The translations under genes and the position numbers were made by a program. Of a DNA stretch of 39,300 nt, positions 14,259 to 25,260 are shown in pieces. This DNA comes from an uncultured Eubacteriales bacterium. Lineage in GTDB: Bacteria > Bacillota > Sulfobacillia > DYIH01 > JBBIPI01. The stretch lies in the NCBI GenBank assembly GCA_964467515.1, contig CAYXQP010000004.1, positions 1-39,300 on the forward strand, read 5' to 3'. The stretch's first letter is position 1. Every line of letters begins with the position of its first letter. The notes under the pieces are model-generated. The model saw only the letters and a list, made by a program, of their open reading frames with translations. It was not told the origin of the DNA and made no database searches.

Positions 14259-14576
14259 TTGACCGCTGTGGCCTGGGGACTGGCCATAGGGCTGGTCGTG
14301 GGCGCCGTCAACCAGGTGGTCCTGTGGCTGGTCGTCAGACGGGCCCGGCCCGGCAGGGCCGCCGGCTTGGTGGCCGGGTTCCTGGGGGGTTGCGCGGTGC
14401 GGCTCGGGCTTGACGCCCTGGCTTTGTACGCGGCGTGGCGTCTGACCCGCGATGTCTGGGCCATCGTGGCGTCGGCCGGAGGAGTGACGGTGGCGCTGGG
14501 CGCGGGCGCGGCCTGGCAGTTCGTCCAGGCCCAGAGGCGGCGCGGTGCGGCGCGGGGGGGTGGAGGGCGGCCATGA
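14259..14576 (+). CDS. atpI: ATP synthase protein I
   Basis: Four short hydrophobic segments with the typical R-L helix; directly upstream of subunit a. Confidence 0.75.
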   Translation: MTAVAWGLAIGLVVGAVNQVVLWLVVRRARPGRAAGLVAGFLGGCAVRLGLDALALYAAWRLTRDVWAIVASAGGVTVALGAGAAWQFVQAQRRRGAARGGGGRP

Positions 14577-15310
14577 TCTTCGCGGCGGCGGCGGCGACCC
14601 AAGGAGGAGCGGAGGGCGGCCCGGCGGCCCCTCCCCACGTGGTGTTCCAGGTGTTCGGCCTCGACGTCTTCAGTGAGGTGGTGACCGCCTGGATCATCAT
14701 GGGCCTGCTGGTGACCCTGGCCTTCCTCGCCACCCGTCGGCTCTCCCTGCGACCCGGCCGGGCGCAAGCGGCCCTCGAGGTGGTCGTCAACTTCGTCATA
14801 GACGGTGTCGTGGCTCCTTCCATCGGGGGACGGGAGAAGGCCGTCCGCTACCTGCCCTTCCTGGGGACCCTCTTCCTCTTCATCCTCACCTCCAACTACG
14901 TGGGGCTCCTGCCCGGAGCCGTCCTGGAGATACCCGGGTACAAGGCCCCCACCTCGGCCCTCAGTGTGACGGCCACCCTCGCTATCCTGGCCTTCGTGGC
15001 CACCCACTATGCGGGCCTCAGGGAAAAGGGGATCCGCTACTTCGGCCATTTCTTCCAGCCCTTCTGGTGGCTCTTTCCCATGAACGTCATCGAGGAGCTG
15101 GTGCGGCCTCTCTCGCTGAGCCTGCGTCTCTTCGGCAACATCTTCGGCGGGGAGACGGTCCTCTGGGTCCTCCTGATGCTGGTCCCATGGTTCGTGCCGT
15201 TGCCGATCATGGGCCTGGAGCTCTTCTTCGGGTTCCTCCAGGCCTTCATCTTCACCACCCTCACCGCCGTGTACATCGGCGGCGCGGTGGCGGAGAGCCA
15301 CGGCCATTAG
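14573..15310 (+). CDS. atpB: ATP synthase F0 subunit a
   Basis: RPLSLSLRLFGNIFGGE (essential Arg) and LQAFIFTTLT. Confidence 0.97.
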   Translation: MIFAAAAATQGGAEGGPAAPPHVVFQVFGLDVFSEVVTAWIIMGLLVTLAFLATRRLSLRPGRAQAALEVVVNFVIDGVVAPSIGGREKAVRYLPFLGTLFLFILTSNYVGLLPGAVLEIPGYKAPTSALSVTATLAILAFVATHYAGLREKGIRYFGHFFQPFWWLFPMNVIEELVRPLSLSLRLFGNIFGGETVLWVLLMLVPWFVPLPIMGLELFFGFLQAFIFTTLTAVYIGGAVAESHGH

Positions 15311-15373
15311 GCCGTGCTGCGGGGCCATGCGCCCCGTCCGGCGCCCGGTGGTGGCGGGAAAGGAGGGAATTAG

Positions 15374-15595
<222 letters not shown>

Positions 15596-15656
15596 TGCGG
15601 AGCGGGGGAGGAACCGCCCTTCTCCCCTGCGGGAGGCACAGCCAAGACGACGGGGG

Positions 15657-16151
15657 GTGTTCCCCTTGGCCTTGAATCCGGAGATGATGCTTTGGTCGGC
15701 CATCAACTTCGTGGTCCTCTTCCTCCTGCTCCGGCGGTACCTGTGGCGGCCGGTGCTGGACCTCCTGGCCGCCCGGGAGAGGGAGATCACGAGCCAGTTC
15801 GAGCAGGCGGAGAACGCCCGCGAAGAGGCCGTCCGGATGAAGGAGGAGTACGAGCGCCGTCTGGCCGAGGCGCAGCGCCGGGCCGAGGAGATGGTGGCCA
15901 AGGCGAGCCGGCGGGCGGAGGAGATGTCCAACGAGGTGCGGGCCAGGGCCCAGGCGGAGGCGGCCGCCCTGCTGGAGCGCGCCGAGGAGGCCATCAGGCG
16001 GGAAAAGGAGCAGGCCCTGGCGGAGTTGCGGGAGCAGGTGGCGGACCTGGCCCTGGAGGTGGCGAGCCGGGTGCTCGAGAGGTCCGTCACCGACGCCGAC
16101 CACGAGCGGCTGGCCCGGCAGTTCCTGGACAGGGTGGGAAGCCGGCCGTGA
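15657..16151 (+). CDS. atpF: ATP synthase F0 subunit b
   Basis: N-terminal INFVVLFLLL...W.PV anchor followed by a long coiled coil. Confidence 0.95.
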   Translation: MFPLALNPEMMLWSAINFVVLFLLLRRYLWRPVLDLLAAREREITSQFEQAENAREEAVRMKEEYERRLAEAQRRAEEMVAKASRRAEEMSNEVRARAQAEAAALLERAEEAIRREKEQALAELREQVADLALEVASRVLERSVTDADHERLARQFLDRVGSRP

Positions 16152-16741
16152 TGGGCAGCGGCGTGGCGCGCCGTTACGCGCGGGCCCTCTTCGATCTGGC
16201 CCGGGATAGGGGCATCCTGGAGGAGACCGGCCGGGATCTCTCCCTGGTGGTGGAGACCGTCCGGCGGCACGAGGAGCTGCGGCAGGTGCTCCACAACCCC
16301 CTCGTGCCCGTGGAGACCAAGCAGGAGGTCTTCGCCGCCTCCCTGGGCGGGCGGGTGGGCCGTCCCGTGGCGGAGCTGGTGCGCCTGGTGCTGCGCAAGG
16401 GCAGGGAGACATTCCTGCCGCAGATCCTGGCCGAGTTCGAGGCCCTGGTGCGGCGGGAGCTGAACGTGGTGCGCGCCGAGGTCACCGTGGCCAGGCCCCT
16501 GTCCGACCAGTTGCGGGGGCAGCTGGAGCGGCGCTTGGAGGAGCTGTGGGGCAGGAAGGTCGAGCTGGACCTGCGGGTGAGCCCGGACGTCATAGGTGGG
16601 CTCGTGCTCACCGTGGGCGACAGGCGGATGGACGGCAGCCTGCGGGGGCGGTTGGAGAGCCTGAGGCGGATGCTGTCGGGCCGGGAGACGGGCGCGGCGG
16701 GCGGCGGCCCGGCGCGGCGAGACAGGTTTGGCGAGGGGTGA
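16151..16741 (+). CDS. atpH: ATP synthase F1 subunit delta
   Basis: [28 protein letters not shown]; coupled to the atpF stop. Confidence 0.95.
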   Translation: MGSGVARRYARALFDLARDRGILEETGRDLSLVVETVRRHEELRQVLHNPLVPVETKQEVFAASLGGRVGRPVAELVRLVLRKGRETFLPQILAEFEALVRRELNVVRAEVTVARPLSDQLRGQLERRLEELWGRKVELDLRVSPDVIGGLVLTVGDRRMDGSLRGRLESLRRMLSGRETGAAGGGPARRDRFGEG

Positions 16742-16748
16742 CGGTGCC

Positions 16749-18290
16749 GTGAGCATCGGGACGACGGGCGTTCGCCCTGAAGAGGTCAGCTACATAATCC
16801 GTCAGCAGTTGGAGCGGTTCGAGGGCGACCTCAAGCTGGAGGAGGTCGGCCGGGTGGTGCAGATCGCCGACGGCGTGGCCCGGGTCTACGGGCTGGAGTC
16901 GGTGATGGCCAGCGAGCTGGTCCAGTTCGAGAACGGGATTTACGGCATGGCCTTCAACCTGGAGGAGGACAACGTCGGCATCATCATCATGGGGCCGTAC
17001 ACCGGCATCAAGGAGGGCGACGAGGTCCGCCGGACGGGGCGGATCATGGAGGTGCCGGTGGGGGAGGCGCTCCTCGGACGGGTGGTCAATCCGCTGGGCC
17101 AGCCCCTCGACGGCAAGGGGCCCATCGTGACGGACCGCTTCCGCCCCGTGGAGTCGCCGGCGCCCGGCGTCATCCAGCGGAAGCAGGTCAACGTTCCCCT
17201 GCAGACGGGGCTCAAGGCCATCGACGCCATGATCCCCATCGGCCGGGGCCAACGGGAGCTCATCATCGGCGACCGGCAGACGGGCAAGACCTCCATCGGC
17301 ATCGACACCATCATCAACCAGAAGGGGCAGGACGTCATCTGCGTCTACGTGGCCATCGGCCAGAAGGCATCCTCGGTGGCGGGCGTGGTGGAGACCCTGG
17401 AGAGGCACGGGGCCATGGAGTACACCATCGTGGTCTCGGCCACGGCCAGCCAGCCGGCGCCCATGCTCTACATCGCCCCGTACGCCGGCTGCGCCATGGG
17501 TGAGTACTTCATGTACGAGCAGGGCAAGGACGTCCTCTGCATCTACGACGACCTCAGCAAGCAGGCCTGGGCCTACCGCGAGTTGTCCCTGCTCCTCCGG
17601 CGGCCGCCGGGCCGTGAAGCTTACCCGGGCGACGTCTTCTACCTCCACTCGCGCTTGCTGGAGCGGGCGGCGCGGCTGGCGCCCGAGTTCGGCGGCGGCA
17701 GCCTGACGGCGCTGCCCGTCATCGAGACCCAGGCGGGGGACATCCACGCCTACATCCCGACCAACGTCATCTCCATCACGGACGGCCAGATCTTCCTGGA
17801 GTCCGACCTCTTCTACGCCGGCGTCCGCCCCGCCATCGACGTGGGCCGCTCCGTGTCGCGGGTGGGCGGCAACGCCCAGACCAAGGCCATGAAGCGGGTG
17901 GCCGGCCGCCTGCGCCTGGACCTGGCCCAGTACCGCGAGCTGGAGGCCTTCGCCCAGTTCGGGTCCGACCTGGACAAGGCCACCCAGGCACGGCTGGCGC
18001 GCGGGCAGCGGATGGTGGAACTCCTCAAGCAGGGCGAGCGGGCTCCCCTGCCCTTCGAGGAACAGGTGGCCAGCATCTTCTCCGGCGTCAACGGGTACCT
18101 GGACGACATCCCCGTGGAGCGCGTGCGCGCCTTCGAGGGCGGCTTCCTCCGCTTCCTGCGGGAGGAGCGGCCGGCCGTCCTGGAGGGAATCCGGCGGAAG
18201 AGGGACGTGGACGAGGAGCTGGCCCGCGCCCTCACGGAGGCCGTGGAGGCCTTCAAGGCCGAGTTCACGGGGGAGAACGTGCGGTTCTGA
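16749..18290 (+). CDS. atpA: ATP synthase F1 subunit alpha
   Basis: GDRQTGKT Walker A and [23 protein letters not shown]. Confidence 0.99.
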   Translation: MSIGTTGVRPEEVSYIIRQQLERFEGDLKLEEVGRVVQIADGVARVYGLESVMASELVQFENGIYGMAFNLEEDNVGIIIMGPYTGIKEGDEVRRTGRIMEVPVGEALLGRVVNPLGQPLDGKGPIVTDRFRPVESPAPGVIQRKQVNVPLQTGLKAIDAMIPIGRGQRELIIGDRQTGKTSIGIDTIINQKGQDVICVYVAIGQKASSVAGVVETLERHGAMEYTIVVSATASQPAPMLYIAPYAGCAMGEYFMYEQGKDVLCIYDDLSKQAWAYRELSLLLRRPPGREAYPGDVFYLHSRLLERAARLAPEFGGGSLTALPVIETQAGDIHAYIPTNVISITDGQIFLESDLFYAGVRPAIDVGRSVSRVGGNAQTKAMKRVAGRLRLDLAQYRELEAFAQFGSDLDKATQARLARGQRMVELLKQGERAPLPFEEQVASIFSGVNGYLDDIPVERVRAFEGGFLRFLREERPAVLEGIRRKRDVDEELARALTEAVEAFKAEFTGENVRF

Positions 18291-18305
18291 CCTGGGGGTA
18301 CGGAC

Positions 18306-20734
<2,429 letters not shown>

Positions 20735-20743
20735 GAGGCGGCC

Positions 20744-21184
20744 ATGGCCAGGACCTTCGAGATCCAGGTCTTCACGCCGGAGCGGACGGTGGTGCGGGCC
20801 AAGGCCGAGTACGTGAGCCTGCCCACGGCGGACGGGCTCTACGGCGTGCTGGGCGACCACGCTCCCATGGTGGGGCTCCTGCGCCCCGGGGTCGTCCACT
20901 TCCGGGGCGGCGGAGAGACGCAGGTGGTGGCCGTCATGGGGGGTTTCTTCCAGGTGCTGCCCGATCGCACGGTGGTGCTGGCGGACGAGGCCGAGCTGCC
21001 TGAGGAGGTGGACGTGACGGAGGCCCTGGCGGAGCGCGACCGCGCCCTGGCCGCCCTGGAGGCGGGCGGGGAGCAGGAGGAGGTGGCGCGGGCCAAGGAG
21101 GCCCTGGAGCGGGCCCTGGCCCGCCTCCCGGCCGACGGCCGCGGGGTGGCGGGTCAGAGGACGTCCTGGGCGCGCCAGCAGTGA
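20744..21184 (+). CDS. atpC: ATP synthase F1 subunit epsilon
   Basis: Beta-sandwich with GVLGDHAPM and VMGGF, plus a C-terminal helical hairpin; last atp gene. Confidence 0.95.
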   Translation: MARTFEIQVFTPERTVVRAKAEYVSLPTADGLYGVLGDHAPMVGLLRPGVVHFRGGGETQVVAVMGGFFQVLPDRTVVLADEAELPEEVDVTEALAERDRALAALEAGGEQEEVARAKEALERALARLPADGRGVAGQRTSWARQQ

Positions 21185-21360
21185 TCGAAGGATCCCTGGT
21201 GGGCACCGTCGCAGAATGGCATGTTCTCGGAGCGGCCGCACCGACAGAGGGCCACCTGCTCCCCGCCGGCATGTGCCCGACCCGTCCCGTCCAGGAGCGT
21301 GACCGGCCCTTGGACCAGGTACGGGCCGCGGTCCAGCACGCGGATGGTCACCTCGGCCAT
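21154..21360 (-). CDS. CDGSH iron-sulfur domain protein (68 aa)
   Basis: GPYLV and ALCRCGRSENMPFCDGAH match the C-x-C-x2-S-x3-P-x-C-D-G-(S/A)-H [2Fe-2S] motif. Confidence 0.93.
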   Translation of the reverse strand: MAEVTIRVLDRGPYLVQGPVTLLDGTGRAHAGGEQVALCRCGRSENMPFCDGAHQGSFDHCWRAQDVL

Positions 21361-21555
21361 GGTGTCACCCCCTTTCCCTGCCGATGTGAGGATACAGGGA
21401 GCAGTTTCTTAGGGCAAGTAATTACCGTAAGGAAACTTTGTATACCATTACTCCATCCTCCGACGGCGGGCTCCCCGGGAACGGCGGTGGTATCCTGCCG
21501 AGTCCGGGCGGTGCCGGAGGGCCGGCCGATGGCCGTCCGCCCCCGGAGGAGAAGG

Positions 21556-21588
21556 GGAAGCGCCCCGGAATGACACCGGGGCGCTTCC
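21556..21588 (-). terminator. Hairpin/likely terminator downstream of ctaD-like gene
   Basis: Perfect 13-bp stem GGAAGCGCCCCGG-N7-CCGGGGCGCTTCC, followed on the minus strand by a pyrimidine run (weak U tract). Confidence 0.6.
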
Positions 21589-21653
21589 GCGGAAGGCATC
21601 CCGTCCGTCCCTGACGCCCGGCAGCCTAAGCGGCCGCGGTCGCGGGACGGGGA

Positions 21654-23555
21654 TCAGGCGTGTTGCGCCGCCGCCTTGGCGGTGCCCTCCTCCTCGGTTT
21701 CCAGATAGTAGCCGTCGGCCTTCTCCAGGGCCCAGCCGAGGACGCCCAGGAGGATGATCACCAGCCCGGCTACCAGCCCCGGCACGCTGGGAGAGATGGC
21801 GCCGAAGCCGCCCACCAGGAGCCCCAGCCCCACCACGGCCGGCATGAAGGAGGGGGAGGGCATGTGGACGGCGTTGCCGTGGCGGTGGTGGTCCTCCTCG
21901 GCCGGCAGGATGTGACCGTTGCCGTGGGTCTTCTCGTACCAGAGGGCTTCCTTGCCGCGCACGAGGGGCAACCGGGCGAAGTTGTAGGCCGGCACCGGGC
22001 TGGGCGTGGCCCACTCCAGGGAGCGGCCCAATCCCCAGGGATCGGCTCCCGCGCGGCGACCGCTGGCCAGGCTCTCGATCATGGCTATCACCAGGGTTAG
22101 GACTCCGAGGGCCTGCAGGTAGGCGCCGATGGTCTCGATGGAGTTGAGGGGTCCCCAGCCGGAGTCGGGGATGTAGGTATAGACGCGCCGGGGCTGGCCC
22201 ATGAGGCCGGCTATGAGCTGCGGGAAGAAGGTCATGTTGAAGCCGATGAAAAGGATCCAGAAGCTGGGACGGCCGATGGCCTCGTTGAGCATCTTGCCCG
22301 TCATCTTGGGCCACCAGTAGGTTATGCCCGCCAGGAGCCCGAAGACGATGGCGCCGATGGCCACGTAGTGGAAGTGGCCCACGATGTACATGTTGTCCTG
22401 GAACTGCCGGTCCACGCTGGAGCTGGCGTTGACGAGGCCCGTCAGGCCGCCGATGTAGAACAGGAAGAAGAAGGCGCTCACGTAGTGCATGGGCAGCGTG
22501 AACCGGACCTTGCCTCCCCAGAGGGTGCCCAGCCAGATGAAGACGAAGATGGCGGCCGGTACGGAGACCGCCTTGGTCGAGATCGCGAAGGCCGTGTTGA
22601 CGGTGCTGCCGGAGCCCACCGTGTACATGTGGTGCAGCCAGACGATCCAGCTGAGGATGCCGATGGTGGAGATGGCCGCTACCATGGACCGGTAGCCGTA
22701 GAGGGGCTTGCCGGCGAAGGTGGGCAGCACCTCGGACACGCAGGCCAGGGGCGGCAGCAGCAGGATGTAGACCTCCGGGTGGCCGAAGAGCCAGAACATG
22801 TGCTGCCAGAGCAGCACGTCGCCTCCCCCGCCCGCCGCGAAGAAGCCGGTGCCCAGGACGCGGTCGAAGTAGAGGAGGATGAGGGCGAGCATGAAGGGGA
22901 TGCCGGCCGTCAGGCCCAGGATGGCCGTCATGAAAGTGAACCAGACGAGGGGCGGCATGTCCATGAGCCCCATGCCGGGCGCCCGCAGCTTGAGGATGGT
23001 CACGATGAAGTTGAGGCTGGTGAGCATGGTGCTGAGCATGCCCAGCTCGACGCCCACCAGGTAGGTGTTCATCCCGACGCCGGGGCTGAAGGGCTTGGTG
23101 CTGAGGGGCACGTAGGCGAACCAACCGGCGTCCGCCGCGCCTCCCAGGAACCAGCCGGCATTGATGATGACGCCGCCGGCCAGGAGACACCAGTAGCTCA
23201 TCATGTTCATGCGCGGGAAGGCCACATCCCGCGCGCCGATCATGACGGGCATGACGAAGTTGAGGATGCCCCAGATGATGGGCGTGGCCGCGAAGAAGAT
23301 CATGATGGTACCGTGCTGGGTGAGCACCTGGTTGTAGGTCTCGCCCACCACCAGGTTGTTGAGCGGGCGGGCCAGTTGGGTGCGGATGAGCAGGGCCTCG
23401 ACGCCTCCCACCACCAGGAACAGGAGGCCCGTGACGAAGTACATGATGCCGATGCGTTTGTGGTCCACGGTGTTGATCCACCCGAGGAAGCCGCTGTCAG
23501 CCCGCCGTTTCAGCACTGGTAGCGCGCCTTCCGCTCTGTGTGCCGCTACCGCCAT
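21654..23555 (-). CDS. ctaD: Heme-copper oxidase subunit I, A1-type, Bacillus CtaD-like, orphan and atypical
   Basis: TVDHKRIG, QHG, DVAFPRMN, WLFGHPEVY, HHM, HFHY, PRR, and a C-terminal HMPSPS two-helix extension. ATG at 23555 has a good RBS (ORF extends to 23681). Confidence 0.95.
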   Translation of the reverse strand: MAVAAHRAEGALPVLKRRADSGFLGWINTVDHKRIGIMYFVTGLLFLVVGGVEALLIRTQLARPLNNLVVGETYNQVLTQHGTIMIFFAATPIIWGILNFVMPVMIGARDVAFPRMNMMSYWCLLAGGVIINAGWFLGGAADAGWFAYVPLSTKPFSPGVGMNTYLVGVELGMLSTMLTSLNFIVTILKLRAPGMGLMDMPPLVWFTFMTAILGLTAGIPFMLALILLYFDRVLGTGFFAAGGGGDVLLWQHMFWLFGHPEVYILLLPPLACVSEVLPTFAGKPLYGYRSMVAAISTIGILSWIVWLHHMYTVGSGSTVNTAFAISTKAVSVPAAIFVFIWLGTLWGGKVRFTLPMHYVSAFFFLFYIGGLTGLVNASSSVDRQFQDNMYIVGHFHYVAIGAIVFGLLAGITYWWPKMTGKMLNEAIGRPSFWILFIGFNMTFFPQLIAGLMGQPRRVYTYIPDSGWGPLNSIETIGAYLQALGVLTLVIAMIESLASGRRAGADPWGLGRSLEWATPSPVPAYNFARLPLVRGKEALWYEKTHGNGHILPAEEDHHRHGNAVHMPSPSFMPAVVGLGLLVGGFGAISPSVPGLVAGLVIILLGVLGWALEKADGYYLETEEEGTAKAAAQHA

Positions 23556-23741
23556 CGCCTCTTCCCTCCCCACTGAGATTCGAGACTCAACGGAAGCCCT
23601 GGCCTCGTGGCCGGGCCCTGCTCGCTCCCCCCGCCTGCCATCCCCCCTTTGCGGTCCGTCGCCGGAAACAGGCTCAGCCAACCCCCGGAGTGAGGTTGGC
23701 AGAGCTGGCCGGTAACCCGGATCACGGCCCAGTTGCCCAAG

Positions 23742-23770
23742 ATTTTACGCAAAGATGTTTTTTATAGAAA
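23742..23770 (-). promoter_or_regulatory. Putative sigmaA promoter for ctaD-like gene
   Basis: Minus strand TTTCTA-N17-TAAAAT in the only AT-rich patch of the intergenic region. Confidence 0.55.
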
Positions 23771-23936
23771 CAAGCGTCCATGGCTGCACGGGTGAGATAG
23801 CCGAAATAACTAGTGATAGTGGCGGTAAAAATGGGCTATGGTTGGATGACATTGGCCATAAATCGGCTTAGAGGGGCGATTCTCGCCGGCGGTGCCGAGG
23901 GGGGCGGCCGGGGAAACATAAGGCCGGTGACGGCGG

Positions 23937-25193
23937 GTGGCGGCCATCCTGGTGCGGGGGGGCAGACCTCTCGAGGGGGAGGTCACGGTGCAGACGGCCA
24001 AGAACGCCATGCTGCCCGTCCTGGCCGCCACCATCCTCGCGGGCGGGGAGTGCGTCCTCCGGCGCGTGCCGCCCCTCTACGACGTCCACGTAATGTGCCA
24101 GCTCCTTCTGCGCCTGGGCGTCCAGGTCCGCCTCCGCGAACCGGGCACCCTGCACGTCACCCCCGCCGAGACCCTCTTTTACGAGACGCCCCATGAGCTG
24201 GTGCGCCGGATGCGCGCTTCCGTGCTGGTGATGGGGCCCCTTTTGGCCAGGGTCGGCCGCGCCAGGGTGTCCCTCCCCGGAGGCTGCGCCATCGGCAACC
24301 GACCCGTGGACCTGCACGTGCGCGGCCTGGAGGCCATGGGCGCCAGGTTCTCCGTCCGCTACGGCTTCATAGAGGCCGAGGCTGACGCGCTCAAGGGCGC
24401 CAGGGTCTACCTGGACTATCCCAGCGTGACCGCCACCGAGAACGTCATGATGGCGGCCACCCTGGCCGAGGGCACCACCATCATCGAGAACGCTGCCGGC
24501 GAGCCGGAGGTGGTGGACTTGGCGGACTTCCTGCGGGGGATGGGAGCCCGCATCGCCGGCGCGGGGAGCCGGGTCATCGAGGTCGAAGGAGTAGCGGCGC
24601 TGGGGGGGACGGAGCACACCTGCATTCCCGACCGCATCGAGGCCGGCACCTACCTCCTGGCCGGAGCCGTCTCGGGCGGCCACGTGGTCGTCAAGGGGGC
24701 GGTCCCCCATCACCTGACCCCCCTCCTGGCCAAGCTGGAGGAGGCAGGGGCCGCCGTAACGGTGGGACCCGGCACCGTCAGCGTGCGCGGACCCTCGCGC
24801 CCGCGGGCCACCGACGTCAAGACCCTTCCTTACCCGGGGTTCCCGAGCGACCTGCAGGCACCCATGATGGCCTTCCTGGCGGTGGCGGAAGGTATCAGCA
24901 TCTTCACGGAGACCGTTTTCGACAACGGTTTCCTCCATGTGGAGGAACTCAAGCGGATGGGCGCCGACATACGGGTGGAGGGTGCCACGGCCGTCGTGCG
25001 GGGCGTGGAGGCATTGACGGGGGCGCCCGTCCGGGCGACGGACCTGCGGGCGGGGGCGGCCCTGGTCCTGGCGGGACTGCGGGCCCAGGGCGAGACGCGG
25101 GTCGGCGGCCTCGCCCACCTGGACCGTGGTTATGTCAACCTGGTGGGCAAGATGGCCTCCCTGGGCGCCGACATCAGGCGGGTGGAAGACTGA
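23937..25193 (+). CDS. murA: UDP-N-acetylglucosamine 1-carboxyvinyltransferase (divergent)
   Basis: [19 protein letters not shown] (catalytic Cys loop), [31 protein letters not shown]. Confidence 0.95.
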   Translation: MAAILVRGGRPLEGEVTVQTAKNAMLPVLAATILAGGECVLRRVPPLYDVHVMCQLLLRLGVQVRLREPGTLHVTPAETLFYETPHELVRRMRASVLVMGPLLARVGRARVSLPGGCAIGNRPVDLHVRGLEAMGARFSVRYGFIEAEADALKGARVYLDYPSVTATENVMMAATLAEGTTIIENAAGEPEVVDLADFLRGMGARIAGAGSRVIEVEGVAALGGTEHTCIPDRIEAGTYLLAGAVSGGHVVVKGAVPHHLTPLLAKLEEAGAAVTVGPGTVSVRGPSRPRATDVKTLPYPGFPSDLQAPMMAFLAVAEGISIFTETVFDNGFLHVEELKRMGADIRVEGATAVVRGVEALTGAPVRATDLRAGAALVLAGLRAQGETRVGGLAHLDRGYVNLVGKMASLGADIRRVED

Positions 25194-25260
25194 GCCTCTG
25201 TCCTGAGCCCCGAGGGCATACCCATGTTTTCAGCGACCGCTCAGACAGGGTGGTGGCCGG

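Noticed and set aside
21522-21590. Resemblance to a fluoride (crcB) riboswitch: GGCCGATGG...TCCGCC...AATGACACC
   Set aside because: The pseudoknot strands are not complementary, there is no downstream plus-strand gene, and the segment is explained by the 13-bp hairpin ending ctaD.
21654-23555. Nitric oxide reductase or quinol oxidase assignment for the orphan subunit I
   Set aside because: It retains the His-Tyr cross-link motif HPEVY and D-channel residues, and lacks the NOR glutamates, TM0 and the quinol-binding Arg/Asp.
25200-25240. sigmaE promoter upstream of spoIID (CATACCCAT)
   Set aside because: The match is only partial at -10 and there is no recognisable -35, so it is too weak to call, although one is biologically expected.
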